A stretch of DNA of 64,000 nt from Verrucomicrobiia bacterium (GTDB taxonomy: Bacteria; Verrucomicrobiota; Verrucomicrobiia; Limisphaerales; UBA1319), in NCBI GenBank assembly GCA_963664225.1, contig OY760937.1, forward strand, positions 3,808,001 to 3,872,000, read 5' to 3'. Numbering within the stretch: the first letter of the stretch is position 1; each line of letters starts with the position of its first letter. The notes beneath the pieces are model-generated. The model ran no database searches, had not been told where the DNA came from, and was given only the letters and a program-made list of their open reading frames with translations. Below are positions 50,833 through 62,475 of this stretch, piece after piece. Made by a program: the position numbers and the translations under genes.

Positions 50833-52202
50833 TCGAAGTACTGCCATCCCGCTCGCCGCAAGTTGTGCGCAAGATCAATGGCGTGGCCACCGCCGACATG
50901 GCGTGCGGCAAGGCGAGCATCGCCGGTTCCGTGAGCCAGCGCGCCTGTGTGTTCTGCGGTTCGCGTGTGGTGCTGTATCCGATTGCCGACGCGCTGCATC
51001 TGGTCCACGGGCCCATTGGTTGTGCGGCTTACACCTGGGACATTCGCGGTGCGTTGTCCAGCGGTCCTCAACTTCATCGCAATAGTTTTTCCACCGACCT
51101 GCAGGAGCTGGATGTGATTTACGGCGGGGAAAAGAAATTGGAGGCCGCGCTGCTCGAACTCATTGCGCACTATCAACCCAAGGCGGCCTTTGTCTATTCC
51201 ACCTGCATTGTGGGATTGATCGGTGACGATGTGGCGGCGGTCTGTAAACGTGTTTCCGCCACAACGGGCATTCCCGTGTTGCCGGTCAATTCCGAGGGAT
51301 TCAAAGGGACCAAGAAGGACGGCTACCACGCGGCATGCGAGGCGATTTACAAATTGATCGGAACGGGCGACATCTCGGCGATCAGCCCTTACAGCATCAA
51401 TATTCTTGGTGAATTCAACCTGGCCGGCGAGACGTGGATTCTCCGCGATTACTATAAGCGCATGGGCATTGAGGTCGTCGCATGCATCACTGGAGATTCG
51501 CGAATCGACGACATCCGTCGCGCGCATGGGGCGAAACTCAACCTGGTTCAATGCTCCGGTTCCATGACCAGCCTTGCGAAAATGATGGAGCGCGACCACG
51601 GCATTACTTTCAAGCGCGTGTCCTATTTCGGCATTGAGGACATGAGCGCCGCGCTTTACGACACGGCCAAATATTTCATCGCCGATCCGCAAATCATGGC
51701 GCGGACGCAGGCATTGGTGCGCGACGAAGTGGCGGCCATCTATCCCGAACTCCAGCGTTACAAACAGAAGCTCGCAGGCAAGAAGGCGGCAATTTACGTC
51801 GGTGGAGCGTTCAAGGCGTTCTCCCTGATGCGCGCATTGAGGCTGATCGGAATGGAAACAGCCATCGTTGGTTCGCAGACCGGTGACAAGGACGATTACC
51901 GCCAACTCCAGGAAATGGCCGATCCCGGAACGATCATTGTGGACGATTCCAATCCGCTCGAACTGGCGAAGTTCTGTCTGGAAAAGGACGTGGACCTGTT
52001 TATCGGAGGCGTGAAAGAACGTCCCATTGCCTACAAACTGGGGATCGGCTTCTGCGACCATAACCACGAGCGTAAGGAACCGCTCGCCGGCTACATCGGC
52101 ATGTTGAATTTCGCAAAGGAGGTTTACGCCAGCGTCGCCAGCCCGGTCTGGCAGTTCGCGCCGCGTCGGGCAAAACGAAACACATTGGAGGCCGCACTAT
52201 GA
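50829..52202 (+). CDS. nifE: FeMo-cofactor scaffold NifE
   Basis: SQRACVFCG, HGPIGCAAYTWD, NLVQCSGS; start placed at ATG 50829. Confidence 0.93.
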   Translation: MIEVLPSRSPQVVRKINGVATADMACGKASIAGSVSQRACVFCGSRVVLYPIADALHLVHGPIGCAAYTWDIRGALSSGPQLHRNSFSTDLQELDVIYGGEKKLEAALLELIAHYQPKAAFVYSTCIVGLIGDDVAAVCKRVSATTGIPVLPVNSEGFKGTKKDGYHAACEAIYKLIGTGDISAISPYSINILGEFNLAGETWILRDYYKRMGIEVVACITGDSRIDDIRRAHGAKLNLVQCSGSMTSLAKMMERDHGITFKRVSYFGIEDMSAALYDTAKYFIADPQIMARTQALVRDEVAAIYPELQRYKQKLAGKKAAIYVGGAFKAFSLMRALRLIGMETAIVGSQTGDKDDYRQLQEMADPGTIIVDDSNPLELAKFCLEKDVDLFIGGVKERPIAYKLGIGFCDHNHERKEPLAGYIGMLNFAKEVYASVASPVWQFAPRRAKRNTLEAAL

Positions 52203-53638
52203 ACAGCACTTTGGAATTGAAAACCAGGGCGGAAATCCTTGCGCCGCTCATCCCGAGTCGCGATTCGGACAAGTCGGACCCCATGGAACTGCGCTCCAGG
52301 AATTTCTCCTCCACGCGCAATGCCTGCAAGCTTTGCACACCGCTCGGCGCTTGTCTGGCCTTTCGCGGCGTGGAAGGTTGCATACCATTTCTGCACGGCT
52401 CGCAAGGTTGCTCTACATACATCCGACGCTATCTCATCAGCCATTTTCGGGAACCAATTGACATCGCCTCGTCGAATTTCCACGAGGAAAGCGCAATCTT
52501 CGGCGGCAGCAGCAATTTCACCCAGGGCGCGTTGAACATTCTCAGGCAATATCAGCCGCAATTGATCGGCGCGGCCACGACCTGCCTGGCCGAGACCATC
52601 GGCGAGAACATGCCCCAACTGATGCGGGAGGTGAAGGAGAAGCTCGGGGATCAACTCACCGCGCCCGTCGTTTACGTTTCCACGGCGAGCTATCGCGGCA
52701 CACACATTGACGGTTTTCATTCCGCAGTGAGGGAACTGGTGGCGCAGCTTGCGGTTGGCGGTGGAAAATCCAATTGCGTCGCCTTGTTCCCCGGGATGGT
52801 TTCCGCGGCAGACCTTCGTTACTTGAAGGAGATTCTCAGCGATTTCACCCTGCCGTTTACGCTGTTGCCCGATTATTCGGAAACCATGGATGGCGCGACC
52901 TGGTCTGAATACGAGAAACTCCAATCCGGCGGCACTAAAGTATCGGCCATACGAGAACTCGGGATGGTCAGGGCAGCCATCGAGTTTGGCCGTGTCCTCA
53001 CCGGCACACCCACCGCAGGAACCGTGCTGCATGACAAGTTTGCCATCCCGCATCGCCTTCTCGGTCTGCCCATCGGCATCCGCGAGAGCGACGCCTTCTT
53101 CGCGGCGCTGGAGGAAGCAAGCGGTTCCAGGACACCTATGAAACATCAGCGCGAGCGCGGACGTCTCGTGGACAGCTACATCGATGGACACAAATACTGT
53201 TTTGAGAAACGCGCCATTGTTTATGGCGAGGAGGATATGGTCATCGGCCTGACCTCGTTTCTTTGCGAGATCGGAGTCACACCAGTCCTGTGCGCGAGTG
53301 GCGGAAAGAGTCGCAAGTTTGAAAAATGCCTGCGCGCCGCCGTGCCGGAATTACCCGCGGGAACGCGCGTTGAGGAAGGCTTTGATTTCGCGGAAATGGA
53401 CGAGGCCGCTCCGGCGCTTAAACCTGATTTTCTGCTTGGCAACAGCAAGGGCTATTCATTGGCGCGCAAGTCCGGCATCCCGTTGATTCGTGTCGGCTTT
53501 CCGATTCATGATCGTATCGGCGGCCAGCGCGTGCTCCACCTGGGCTATCGCGGGGCGCAGGAATTATTCGATCGTATCGTCAATGCGTTGCTTGATGGCA
53601 AACAAGAAAACTCACCCGTTGGTTACAGCTACCTATGA
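52199..53638 (+). CDS. nifN: FeMo-cofactor scaffold NifN
   Basis: NACKLCTPLGA, HGSQGCSTY, GFPIHDR; follows nifE. Confidence 0.9.
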   Translation: MNSTLELKTRAEILAPLIPSRDSDKSDPMELRSRNFSSTRNACKLCTPLGACLAFRGVEGCIPFLHGSQGCSTYIRRYLISHFREPIDIASSNFHEESAIFGGSSNFTQGALNILRQYQPQLIGAATTCLAETIGENMPQLMREVKEKLGDQLTAPVVYVSTASYRGTHIDGFHSAVRELVAQLAVGGGKSNCVALFPGMVSAADLRYLKEILSDFTLPFTLLPDYSETMDGATWSEYEKLQSGGTKVSAIRELGMVRAAIEFGRVLTGTPTAGTVLHDKFAIPHRLLGLPIGIRESDAFFAALEEASGSRTPMKHQRERGRLVDSYIDGHKYCFEKRAIVYGEEDMVIGLTSFLCEIGVTPVLCASGGKSRKFEKCLRAAVPELPAGTRVEEGFDFAEMDEAAPALKPDFLLGNSKGYSLARKSGIPLIRVGFPIHDRIGGQRVLHLGYRGAQELFDRIVNALLDGKQENSPVGYSYL

Positions 53639-54933
53639 ACACGACCACCGAAATTGATTTTGCAAACCATCCGTGTTTCAGCAAGGACGCCCATAAGAAA
53701 TATGGACGCATCCATCTGCCCGTCGCGCCGCGCTGCAACATTCAGTGCAATTTCTGCAATCGCAAATACTGCTGCATCAACGAAAGCCGCCCGGGTGTCA
53801 CCAGCACCGTGCTCACGCCGCAGCAGGCCCTCGCGTATCTCGACAATGTCATGACTAAGCGGCCGGAGATCACCGTTATGGGCATTGCCGGACCCGGTGA
53901 TCCATTTGCGAATCCCGAGGAAACGATGGAGACACTGCGTCTCGTCCGCCGGAAATATCCGAAAATGATTTTGTGCGTTGCTTCGAACGGTTTGAACGTT
54001 GGGCCGTATGTCGATGAAATGGCGGATTTGAAACTGAGCCATGTCACTCTCACAATCAACGCGATTGATCCGGCCATCGGCGCGGAAATATACGCCTGGG
54101 TTCGTGACGGCAAGCGGCCGATCCGTGGCCGGGAGGCCGCAGCCATATTGAACGCGCGGCAGATGGATGCGTTGGTGCGGCTGAAGTCGCGCGGGGTCAC
54201 CGTAAAGATCAATTCCATCATCATCCCCGGCGTCAACGATGACCACATCCCTGAGATTGCCAAAAAGGTTTCCGCGCTCGGGGCGGACATCATGAATTGC
54301 ATGCCGCTCGTGCCGGTGGCGGGCGCGGCGTTTGAAGGCGTGCCAGCGCCGGATACGCTCACCACCGCGCGTCTACGGCTCCAATGTGGCGTGCATCTGC
54401 CGCAGATGACGCACTGTGCCCGCTGCCGTGCGGATGCCGTCGGTTACATTGGCGAGGAAATGTCCGCAGAACAGCTCGCAGGCATCCAGAATTACGCAGC
54501 CATGAGCGCAAATTCCATTGAAGAACAGGTGCGCTCCTATGTTGCTGTGGCCACAATGGAAGGTGCGCTGGTGAATCAGCACCTGGGCGAGGCGGAGCGA
54601 TTTGTGGTTTATGAAATCAATCCGGAAAACACCGGCAGTTTCCGATTGAAGGAAATCCGGCAGGCCCCGGCGCCCGGTGGCGGCGATGCGCGATGGACCT
54701 CGCTGGCCGATTCTCTCAAGGATTGCCGTGCGCTGCTGGTCAATGCCGCCGGGCCCACCCCCATGAAAGTGCTCTCTCAGCACGGACTCAATGTGATCGA
54801 GATGGAAGGCTTGATCGACGAGGGACTGCGCGCAGTGTTCGCCGACCAGCCCATTCCCGCAGGAATGAAACGCCGATTCACCAGTTGCGGCGCAGGCGTG
54901 ACCTGCAAAGGCACCGGCACCGGCTGCGGTTGA
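53635..54933 (+). CDS. nifB: FeMo-cofactor biosynthesis radical SAM protein with NifX-like C-terminal domain
   Basis: HPCF, CNIQCNFC, NESRPG, HCARCRADA, VNQHLG. Confidence 0.96.
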   Translation: MNTTTEIDFANHPCFSKDAHKKYGRIHLPVAPRCNIQCNFCNRKYCCINESRPGVTSTVLTPQQALAYLDNVMTKRPEITVMGIAGPGDPFANPEETMETLRLVRRKYPKMILCVASNGLNVGPYVDEMADLKLSHVTLTINAIDPAIGAEIYAWVRDGKRPIRGREAAAILNARQMDALVRLKSRGVTVKINSIIIPGVNDDHIPEIAKKVSALGADIMNCMPLVPVAGAAFEGVPAPDTLTTARLRLQCGVHLPQMTHCARCRADAVGYIGEEMSAEQLAGIQNYAAMSANSIEEQVRSYVAVATMEGALVNQHLGEAERFVVYEINPENTGSFRLKEIRQAPAPGGGDARWTSLADSLKDCRALLVNAAGPTPMKVLSQHGLNVIEMEGLIDEGLRAVFADQPIPAGMKRRFTSCGAGVTCKGTGTGCG

Positions 54934-54978
54934 ATTTGTTCCGAGCCATCAACGATTCATCATCAACCCCATAAAATC

Positions 54979-55281
54979 ATGACCAAACCAACTCATCATA
55001 TTTTCGTGTGTGGCAGCTTTCGCGCGACGGGCGCGCAGGGCGTCTGCCATAAAAAGGCATCGGCCCAACTGCTTCAATACTTCGAGCAGGAGGCCGGGGA
55101 CCGCGGCCTTGATGGCGTGATGGTCTCCAGCACCGGCTGCATGAAAGTCTGCGATAGCGGCCCGGTCGTCATCGTTTACCCGCAAAACGTCTGGTATAAG
55201 CAGGTGAACGAGGAAGTCGCGGATAAAATCCTCGACGCCATCGAGAATAATACCGTCGCGGAGGAACACGTCCTGGCGTGA
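54979..55281 (+). CDS. Thioredoxin-like [2Fe-2S] ferredoxin
   Basis: HIFVC...GVC...TGCMKVC...GPVVIVYP...WY. Confidence 0.88.
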   Translation: MTKPTHHIFVCGSFRATGAQGVCHKKASAQLLQYFEQEAGDRGLDGVMVSSTGCMKVCDSGPVVIVYPQNVWYKQVNEEVADKILDAIENNTVAEEHVLA

Positions 55282-56435
55282 GTGCCACGCCTGCCATAAA
55301 GCCCTGGATCATTGACACCACGCTGCGCGATGGCGAGCAGGCGGCGGGCGTGGTGTTTTCACGCCAGGAAAAACTGGCCATCGCCACCGAACTGGCCCGC
55401 GCGGGCGTGCCGGAGCTCGAACTGGGCATCCCCGCGATGGGGCAGGGCGAGATCGCCGATATTAACGCCGTCTCCGATCTCGGCCTGCCGGTCAGGCTGA
55501 CCACATGGTGCCGCGCCACGCGTGAGGATCTCCAGGCCGCCACGCGGTGTCGGGTTCACGGCGCACATTTTTCGCTTCCGGTTTCCGAACTCCATTTGCG
55601 CGCCTGGAAGAAGGACCGCGCCTGGGTGCTGCGAACGCTGGTCAATCTGGCCGATGAATTCCACGGGCATTTTAAATTCCTGTCGGTTGGCGCACAGGAC
55701 GCCTCCCGTGCTGACCGCGAATTTCTCATTGAATTTGCACAAACCGCCGCTGGATTGGGCCTGTGCCGGTTGCGCATCGCCGACACCGTGGGCCTGCTGA
55801 ACCCACTGCAGACAGGCGATCTTTTTTGCGCGCTGCATGCCGCCGTGCCGAATCTGGATCTGGAATTCCACGGGCACAATGATCTCGGCATGGCCACGGC
55901 GAACACGATTGCCGCGCTGGCGTCCGGTGCGGAAGCAGCAAGTGTCACTGTCAACGGCCTCGGTGAACGCGCCGGCAACGCGCCGCTCGACGAGGTCGTC
56001 ATGGCCGCGCGATTAACCCTCGACCGAGATTGTGGCGTAAACACGCGGCTTCTTTCCAACTTGAGCGATTTTGTCGCCAGAGCTTCAGGAAGGCCGCTGC
56101 ACCCCGAAAAACCCATTGTGGGTACCGCTGTGTTCCGCCACGAATCGGGAATTCACTGCGGCGGACTTTTGGAGGAGTCGGCCACCTACGAGCCATTTGC
56201 CGCGGAAACGGTTGGCCACGCCCCGCGAGAGTTGGTTCTTGGCCATCATTCAGGAACGCGTTTGTTGAGCCGCGAGCTGGAACGGTTGAAACTGCAATTG
56301 CCACCGGAATGGTTCCCCGTGTTGTTGGAGAAAGTCCGCCAATTTGCCGCGTGTCAAAAATGCAATCTTTCCGAAAAACAATTTGAGCAAATCGTTCATA
56401 AACTGAAAAAAGAATATGGCCTTCCTGATTTATAA
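55278..56435 (+). CDS. nifV: Homocitrate synthase
   Basis: [37 protein letters not shown]; nif context. Confidence 0.9.
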   Translation: MSATPAIKPWIIDTTLRDGEQAAGVVFSRQEKLAIATELARAGVPELELGIPAMGQGEIADINAVSDLGLPVRLTTWCRATREDLQAATRCRVHGAHFSLPVSELHLRAWKKDRAWVLRTLVNLADEFHGHFKFLSVGAQDASRADREFLIEFAQTAAGLGLCRLRIADTVGLLNPLQTGDLFCALHAAVPNLDLEFHGHNDLGMATANTIAALASGAEAASVTVNGLGERAGNAPLDEVVMAARLTLDRDCGVNTRLLSNLSDFVARASGRPLHPEKPIVGTAVFRHESGIHCGGLLEESATYEPFAAETVGHAPRELVLGHHSGTRLLSRELERLKLQLPPEWFPVLLEKVRQFAACQKCNLSEKQFEQIVHKLKKEYGLPDL

Positions 56436-56925
56436 AAAGAGCCTGGCAGGTGCGAACATCCGCTACGAACGTCTCGAGTCGTTGAAACTTGGCGGACGCG
56501 AAGGCTGGATCGCCCGCCATGTAAAATCGCTGCCTGGCGGTGAGACCGGCAGTTGGAATCTGACACCGGCCACAATGCTGCAACGGGCGGGCTTTGCATC
56601 CGACAACGGTGAATCGACCATAATATTTGAAGCCACCGGTCGTGATGCCACGAGCATTTGTCTTTATGAATTGATCCGGATTCATGGCAGTTGCCGGGAT
56701 TCCTCCACACAACTCGCATTGGATTTTGACATCCTCGTGGATCAGAACTTTTCCGGTAACTTGGCAGAGTATTCCAGGCAATTTGAAATATTGGCGGGGC
56801 ACAAACCCAAAGTTCTCGGCGAAACCCTCGCGCTATCCGGTGGTCCGAGCGGCGGCGATTGGAAATGGACCGAGTCAGCGGTGAACCTTGGTGTCACCGT
56901 TGTCCCGGCCATGGGAGTGTCTTGA
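56416..56925 (+). CDS. Hypothetical protein at the end of the nif operon
   Basis: 169 aa, overlaps the nifV stop by 20 nt; no motif recognised. Confidence 0.65.
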   Translation: MAFLIYKKSLAGANIRYERLESLKLGGREGWIARHVKSLPGGETGSWNLTPATMLQRAGFASDNGESTIIFEATGRDATSICLYELIRIHGSCRDSSTQLALDFDILVDQNFSGNLAEYSRQFEILAGHKPKVLGETLALSGGPSGGDWKWTESAVNLGVTVVPAMGVS

Positions 56926-57275
56926 AGGTTTTGAGTTCCCCCAATGCAACGCTGGTTTTCCACGGCGCAGCCTGAATCTGATTGAATTTCCAGGGCGCTG
57001 AGGTGTTGGTGACTGTGAAACTCATGGAGCTGCCGTTGAGAATTGCAGTGAAGGCATGGTCCGCCGACCTGAGTGCGGATGCGCTGAATAACCCCGCTGA
57101 ACATAACCCGTTTTGATTATAATTCCACGGGTCAGAAGCGGTTCGCGATCTGACTCTCAATCCTGGGATGGCAATACTGCGGTTCCAATCGCGTGTCTTG
57201 CGTGTCTCGCATCGCATGTCCTGCCCACCATCCCACGCTTGACAACCGCCATCAAACCCATGGCACACTGGAAAC

Positions 57276-59717
57276 ATGAATTCGCGCAACCTGGCATTGA
57301 TCCGTGTTCTTCTTTTTCTTCTGGCTTTTTCAATCGTCTGCTTAACCTCGGCGGGAGCGTCTGCGGATGCGCCGTTGCCCGCGCGGACCATTCTGGACTT
57401 CGACGACGGCTGGCGTTTTAGCAGGGGAGACTTTCCTTCAGCGATGTCCCCGGGCTTCAATGACGCTGGATGGCAACCGGTGAATGTGCCTCACGACTGG
57501 AGCAGCGAGGGACCGTTCAGCGCGGAATACGGCAGTGGCAATGGCTATGCTCCGGGCGGGATCGGTTGGTATCGCAAACACTTCAAGTTGGAAGCCGGCT
57601 ACACCAACAAGATTGTCGCGGTCGAGTTCGACGGCATTTATGATCACTCGGAAGTTTGGATCAACGGGCATTACATCGGCGGACGTCCGTACGGCTACTC
57701 GAGTTTTCAGTGCGTCCTGACACCGCTGGTGCGCTTTGGAGGCGAAAACGTAATTGCCGTGCGCGTGGACCATTCCCGGTATGCCGATTCGCGCTGGTAT
57801 ACCGGTTCGGGAATTTACCGTCATGTGCGGCTTCGCTTGACAGACAAGCTGCGCATCGCCCACTGGGGCACGTATGTCACCACGCCTGAGATAACATCAG
57901 ATTCCGCGACCGTGCGTGTGGAGACAACCATCGAAAACAGCACGGGCCAGCCCCAGTCTTTTTCTCTGGAGGAGCAAATCATTGCGCCTGACGGCCGCGC
58001 CATCGCGAGCATGGCTACATCAGGCGAGTTGGTGGACGGCACGAACCAAGTTGTGATTCAGACGATCAAGTTCGCCGGTCCGCAATTATGGTCTCCAGAC
58101 TCGCCAGTGCTTTACACACTTAAGAGCCGGTTGAGTAAGGGGGCTGCAGTCGCGGACGAAGCCGCAACGCGGTTTGGAATTCGCACGCTCCGTTTCGATC
58201 CCGACAAGGGCTTCTTTCTCAATGGGGTTTCGATGAAGCTCAAGGGTGTGTGCATTCACCACGATGCCGGCAGCTTGGGCGCTGCCGTGCCGGATAAGGT
58301 TCTCGAACGTCGTTTGCGCTTATTAAAGGAACTCGGCGTCAACGCCATCCGCACAAGCCATAATCCCCCTGCGCCGGAATTGCTTGATCTGTGCGACCGG
58401 CTCGGCCTGCTGGTCAAGGACGAGGCCTTTGATGAATTCACCCCCGCGAAAAATAAATGGGTTACTGGTCGCAACAACGGGGAACCGAGTCGCTTTGGCT
58501 ACGCGGAATTATTCAAAGAGTGGTCGGTGATCGACGTCTCAGACATGGTGCGTCGTGATCGTAATCATCCCAGTGTGATCATCTGGAGCATTGGCAATGA
58601 GATCGACTACCGCAACGATCCATTTTCCCATTCCGTTCTCGGGAACGAATACCGGCCCGGGAACCCTCCCGCGCAGGATCTGGTCACCTGCGCCCGACCG
58701 CTTATCGCCGCCATAAAGAAACTCGATCCCACGCGTCCCGTCACCGCGGCTTTGGCCACCGTGGCCATGTCGGATGCTGTGGGTTTTGGCGGGATGCTTG
58801 ACCTCGTTGGTTACAACTATCAGGAGTCGCGCTATGCCGCCGACCACCAGACTTACCCCAAGCGGTTTATTTTCGGCAGCGAAAACGGCGGTGGCTGGAC
58901 CCAATGGCTGGCCGTCCGAGACAACGACTACGTGGGCGGCCAGTTCCTCTGGACCGGGATTGATTATCTCGGCGAGGCCAATCGCTGGCCGAACCGCGGC
59001 AGCGGCGCGGGCTTGCTCGACCTGTGCGGCTTCAAGAAGCCCAGCGCATGGTTTCGTCAAAGCCTCTGGACCGATAAACCCATGGTGTATCTGGCCGTCA
59101 CCGGCGGCGGCAGCGATGGAGCGGGCCGGGGACGCGGCCTTTTTGGAGCGCAGGAGAGTTGGAACTGGCCATCGAACGCCACCGTCACCGTCCGCTGTTA
59201 TACGACCTGCCCGGAAGTCGTGTTGTATCTCAACGAAAAACCAGTCGGCACAAACCTCCTTGCCGAAGCGGTTCAGGGGGCGTTGACCTGGCCTCTTCCC
59301 TTCGAGTCGGGCACGCTCAAGGCTGTTGGTCGCAGGAATGGCAAAACCGAGTGTGAATTCACTTTGACGACCGCCGGACCTGCGGACCGGATTGAACTGC
59401 TTCCCGATGTGAGACAAATCCGTGCGGATGGCCGGGACATCTGCCATCTGGAGTTTCGAATTCTGGATGCTCAAGGCGTGCGCGTGCCAGATGCCGCATC
59501 AGAAGTGCGGTTTACCGTGGACGGCCCGGCGAAAATCATCGGCATCGACAACGGCGATCTGAACAACCCGGCGACCGGCAAGGATGGGGTGCGCAAAGCG
59601 AATCGAGGCCGGGGTCTGGCGATTGTGCAATCCACTGGTGAACCGGGCAAAATCCGGTTGACAGCCCGTGCGGAAGGCCTGAAGGAGTCAACGGTGGAAC
59701 TCGAAACCCAGCCGTGA
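57276..59717 (+). CDS. GH2 beta-galactosidase-like hydrolase
   Basis: Signal peptide, PHDWS, SGIYR, NAIRTSHNP, WSIGNE, GQFLWTGIDYLGE. Confidence 0.92.
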   Translation: MNSRNLALIRVLLFLLAFSIVCLTSAGASADAPLPARTILDFDDGWRFSRGDFPSAMSPGFNDAGWQPVNVPHDWSSEGPFSAEYGSGNGYAPGGIGWYRKHFKLEAGYTNKIVAVEFDGIYDHSEVWINGHYIGGRPYGYSSFQCVLTPLVRFGGENVIAVRVDHSRYADSRWYTGSGIYRHVRLRLTDKLRIAHWGTYVTTPEITSDSATVRVETTIENSTGQPQSFSLEEQIIAPDGRAIASMATSGELVDGTNQVVIQTIKFAGPQLWSPDSPVLYTLKSRLSKGAAVADEAATRFGIRTLRFDPDKGFFLNGVSMKLKGVCIHHDAGSLGAAVPDKVLERRLRLLKELGVNAIRTSHNPPAPELLDLCDRLGLLVKDEAFDEFTPAKNKWVTGRNNGEPSRFGYAELFKEWSVIDVSDMVRRDRNHPSVIIWSIGNEIDYRNDPFSHSVLGNEYRPGNPPAQDLVTCARPLIAAIKKLDPTRPVTAALATVAMSDAVGFGGMLDLVGYNYQESRYAADHQTYPKRFIFGSENGGGWTQWLAVRDNDYVGGQFLWTGIDYLGEANRWPNRGSGAGLLDLCGFKKPSAWFRQSLWTDKPMVYLAVTGGGSDGAGRGRGLFGAQESWNWPSNATVTVRCYTTCPEVVLYLNEKPVGTNLLAEAVQGALTWPLPFESGTLKAVGRRNGKTECEFTLTTAGPADRIELLPDVRQIRADGRDICHLEFRILDAQGVRVPDAASEVRFTVDGPAKIIGIDNGDLNNPATGKDGVRKANRGRGLAIVQSTGEPGKIRLTARAEGLKESTVELETQP

Positions 59718-59805
59718 GGACGGTTGAAGGCGCGTCCGTTGAAGTATTGAGTTTGCATGCGCGTGTTGAATTGAGAATAAAACTAATGTTAAAAGGAGTC
59801 TTGAA

Positions 59806-62145
59806 ATGAAATTTGTAATCGCTTTGCTGGCTTTGGCCAATCTGACGTTATCGGCTGCGGTTTCCTCAGTGCCCGATAAAGTTCCCTGCGCAATTCCCGA
59901 TCGGCAGGATTTTACGCAACCCGACCGTGTGCATCTGACGGGTTGGGTGGGCGGCCGCATCGCGGCCAACGAGGCCAATCGTCTCGTGAAAATCGATACC
60001 GGGCGCCTGCTGGAGGGGTACCGCAAACGTCCCGGACGCCAATCCTGGGATGGGGAACATGTGGGCAAATGGTTGCACGCGGCGACCCTTGCCTGGGCGA
60101 ACACTGGCGACCCCGCCTTGCGCGAGAAACTTGATATTACCGTCAAGGAATTGTGCAAATGCCAGCTTGAGGATGGCTATTTGGGGACGTATCTGGAGAA
60201 GGACCGTTGGACGGAATGGGATGTGTGGGCCCATAAATACAACCTGATCGGCCTGATCACCTACATGCGCTACACTGGCAATATGGAACCCTTGCCCACC
60301 TGCGAGCGCATGGGGGATCTGCTCTGCCGCACCTTTGGCGATGAACCGGGCAAACGCGATATCCTCAAGGCTGGCTGGCATGTGGGGCTGGCCCCGACCA
60401 GCGTGCTGGAGCCGATGGTGCTGCTCTATCGCATGACCGGTGAGGCTCGCTACCTGGATTTCTGCAAATACATCCTTCGCGCCTGGGAACAGCCCAACGG
60501 GCCGAAAATCGTTTCCACTCTGCTCACCCTCAAGCGTGTCGATAAGGTGGGCAACGGCAAGGCCTACGAGATGCTTTCCTGCCTCAATGGCGCCCTGGAA
60601 TATTACCGCACGGTGGGGGGCGACCGCCGACTTCTCGAGGCCTGTCTGAACGCGTGGCAGGATATTGTGAACAACAGGCTCTACATCACCGGCGCGGCCA
60701 GTTACGGCGAATTGTTCCACGATGACTTTGATTTCCCCAATGTGGCCAATGTCGGCGAGACCTGCGTGACAGTCACATGGTTACAGTTCAACGCGCAATT
60801 GCTGCGGTTGACTGGCGAGGCGAGATTCTCGGAACAACTCGAGCATGTGGTGCTGAACCAGTTGTTCGGCGCGCAAAAGTGCGATGGATCGGCCTGGGGA
60901 TATTACGTGCAGATGGAGGGCAAAAAGCCCTATAGCAGCACGCTCGACGGCCATTGCTGCCTCTCCAGCGGGCCACGCGGCGTTGCGCTGATTCCCACTT
61001 TCGCGGTCAGCACGGATGCCGACGGCGTGGTGGTGAATCTTTACGACTCTGGAAAAGCCAGCATGATCCTGCGAGATGGGGCGGTGGTGAACATTACCAC
61101 GAAAACGCTCTATCCGAGCGATAGTCGGATTCGCATTGCGATCGATCCTGTTGTGACGGGCGCCTTCGCCGTCAAGCTGCGGATACCTGCCTGGTGTCAG
61201 ACTTCCTCGGTGCAGGTAAACGGGAAGGTGGCAGAGTCCACACCCGGTGCGGACGGCTACGTCGCCATCAAACGTTCCTGGCACCAGGGTGACAAGGTGG
61301 AGCTTGACTTCAAACTTGAGCCAAAGGTGGTCGTCGGCGATCACAAGAACAATGGCAAGATCGCGGTTCTTTATGGTCCGCTGGTTTTGGCGGCGGATGA
61401 GGCGGTGTTGTCAGGACTTGGTCAGAAGATCGGCACTGTGGCCCTTGCAGGCGCCGACCTCGCGACGTTGGATATCAAACCAGAAGCCGCGCCAGAAAGC
61501 CTCCAAACATGGCCCGGCGCCCAAGTCTTCAGTGTCAACGCTGTGGCGCGCAAAGCCACTGCGAACGTTAAATCCGGATCGCCCGTGAGAATCCGGCTCA
61601 TACCCTTTGCAGACGCGGGCGGCACAGGATCGCCTTATCGGGTATGGCTGCCATTGCCACAGGCTGCCAGCTCAAGTCTGCTGAATTCCGGTAAGGAAAC
61701 CCGTTCTCGCCAGGGCAACGCAGAAGGTTCCATCAACGATGACGACACCACGTCTTTTGTTGTCACCTTCGACGGCCATCCCGCGACAGAGGATTGGTAT
61801 GCGGTCACGATGGACGAAGCCGTTCAGATAAATCGGGTGGTGTTTGTGCATGGCAAAACCTTTCACGATGGCGGTTGGTTTGACGCCAGCGCAGGCAAAC
61901 CCAGCATTCAGGTTCAGTTCACCAAAGACGGTCCGTGGGAAACCGTGGGCACGCTCAACGATTATCCATCTACGACTCCAACGATTGCGGCTGGGTTGAA
62001 CGGTGGAGAACGGTTCCTCTTGAAACTTGAGAAGCCCACCACGGTGTTCGGTGTCAAAATCGTTGGAAAACCTGCATCAGGCGATAATGCGCAACAGGCC
62101 TTTTCCTCCTGCGCCGAATTGCAAGCCCTGCTGGAAGACCGCTGA
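59806..62145 (+). CDS. GH127/GH146 beta-L-arabinofuranosidase-like hydrolase with a C-terminal discoidin-like domain
   Basis: GEHVGKWL, DGYLG, ETC, HCCLSSGPRG, YGPLVLA. Confidence 0.87.
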   Translation: MKFVIALLALANLTLSAAVSSVPDKVPCAIPDRQDFTQPDRVHLTGWVGGRIAANEANRLVKIDTGRLLEGYRKRPGRQSWDGEHVGKWLHAATLAWANTGDPALREKLDITVKELCKCQLEDGYLGTYLEKDRWTEWDVWAHKYNLIGLITYMRYTGNMEPLPTCERMGDLLCRTFGDEPGKRDILKAGWHVGLAPTSVLEPMVLLYRMTGEARYLDFCKYILRAWEQPNGPKIVSTLLTLKRVDKVGNGKAYEMLSCLNGALEYYRTVGGDRRLLEACLNAWQDIVNNRLYITGAASYGELFHDDFDFPNVANVGETCVTVTWLQFNAQLLRLTGEARFSEQLEHVVLNQLFGAQKCDGSAWGYYVQMEGKKPYSSTLDGHCCLSSGPRGVALIPTFAVSTDADGVVVNLYDSGKASMILRDGAVVNITTKTLYPSDSRIRIAIDPVVTGAFAVKLRIPAWCQTSSVQVNGKVAESTPGADGYVAIKRSWHQGDKVELDFKLEPKVVVGDHKNNGKIAVLYGPLVLAADEAVLSGLGQKIGTVALAGADLATLDIKPEAAPESLQTWPGAQVFSVNAVARKATANVKSGSPVRIRLIPFADAGGTGSPYRVWLPLPQAASSSLLNSGKETRSRQGNAEGSINDDDTTSFVVTFDGHPATEDWYAVTMDEAVQINRVVFVHGKTFHDGGWFDASAGKPSIQVQFTKDGPWETVGTLNDYPSTTPTIAAGLNGGERFLLKLEKPTTVFGVKIVGKPASGDNAQQAFSSCAELQALLEDR

Positions 62146-62440
62146 TAAACTATTAATAGGCGCATCGACACGGCTTATTTGGGCTCTGGGATGATTTGGT
62201 TTGGACATAACCAGAGCCCGCATCGATTGGATTTCACAACAGGAGGAATTCAGCACTCCCGACAACCTGGGGCGCGTCGTTTAAGTAAATGAACCAAACG
62301 GGTGCAGGACAAAATTCAGGAATCTGCTAAAAGCCTAAACCGTATGAACCCAGCCAGAACGCCAGTCGGCGGTGTGGGGCATTAAGTCCGGCGCGGTGGC
62401 AGCTCCTAAAGCGTGCAAAAAATCCAGGGCTCGCAATACT

Positions 62441-62475
62441 CCTCCTTCTCCTGGGGGAGAAGGTGGGGATGAGGG
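62441..62475. repeat. REP-like palindromic element
   Basis: CCTCCTTCTCC-TGG-GGGAGAAGG-TGGGGATGAGGG, shaped like the CCCTCxxCCCxxCCT(T)CTCCC family. Only one copy in the window. Confidence 0.5.

Noticed and set aside
56894..57460. 188-aa minus-strand ORF between nif and GH2
   Set aside because: Overlaps two real genes. A short stretch (SFTVTNTSAP) resembles a surface-protein tail but is too weak to call.
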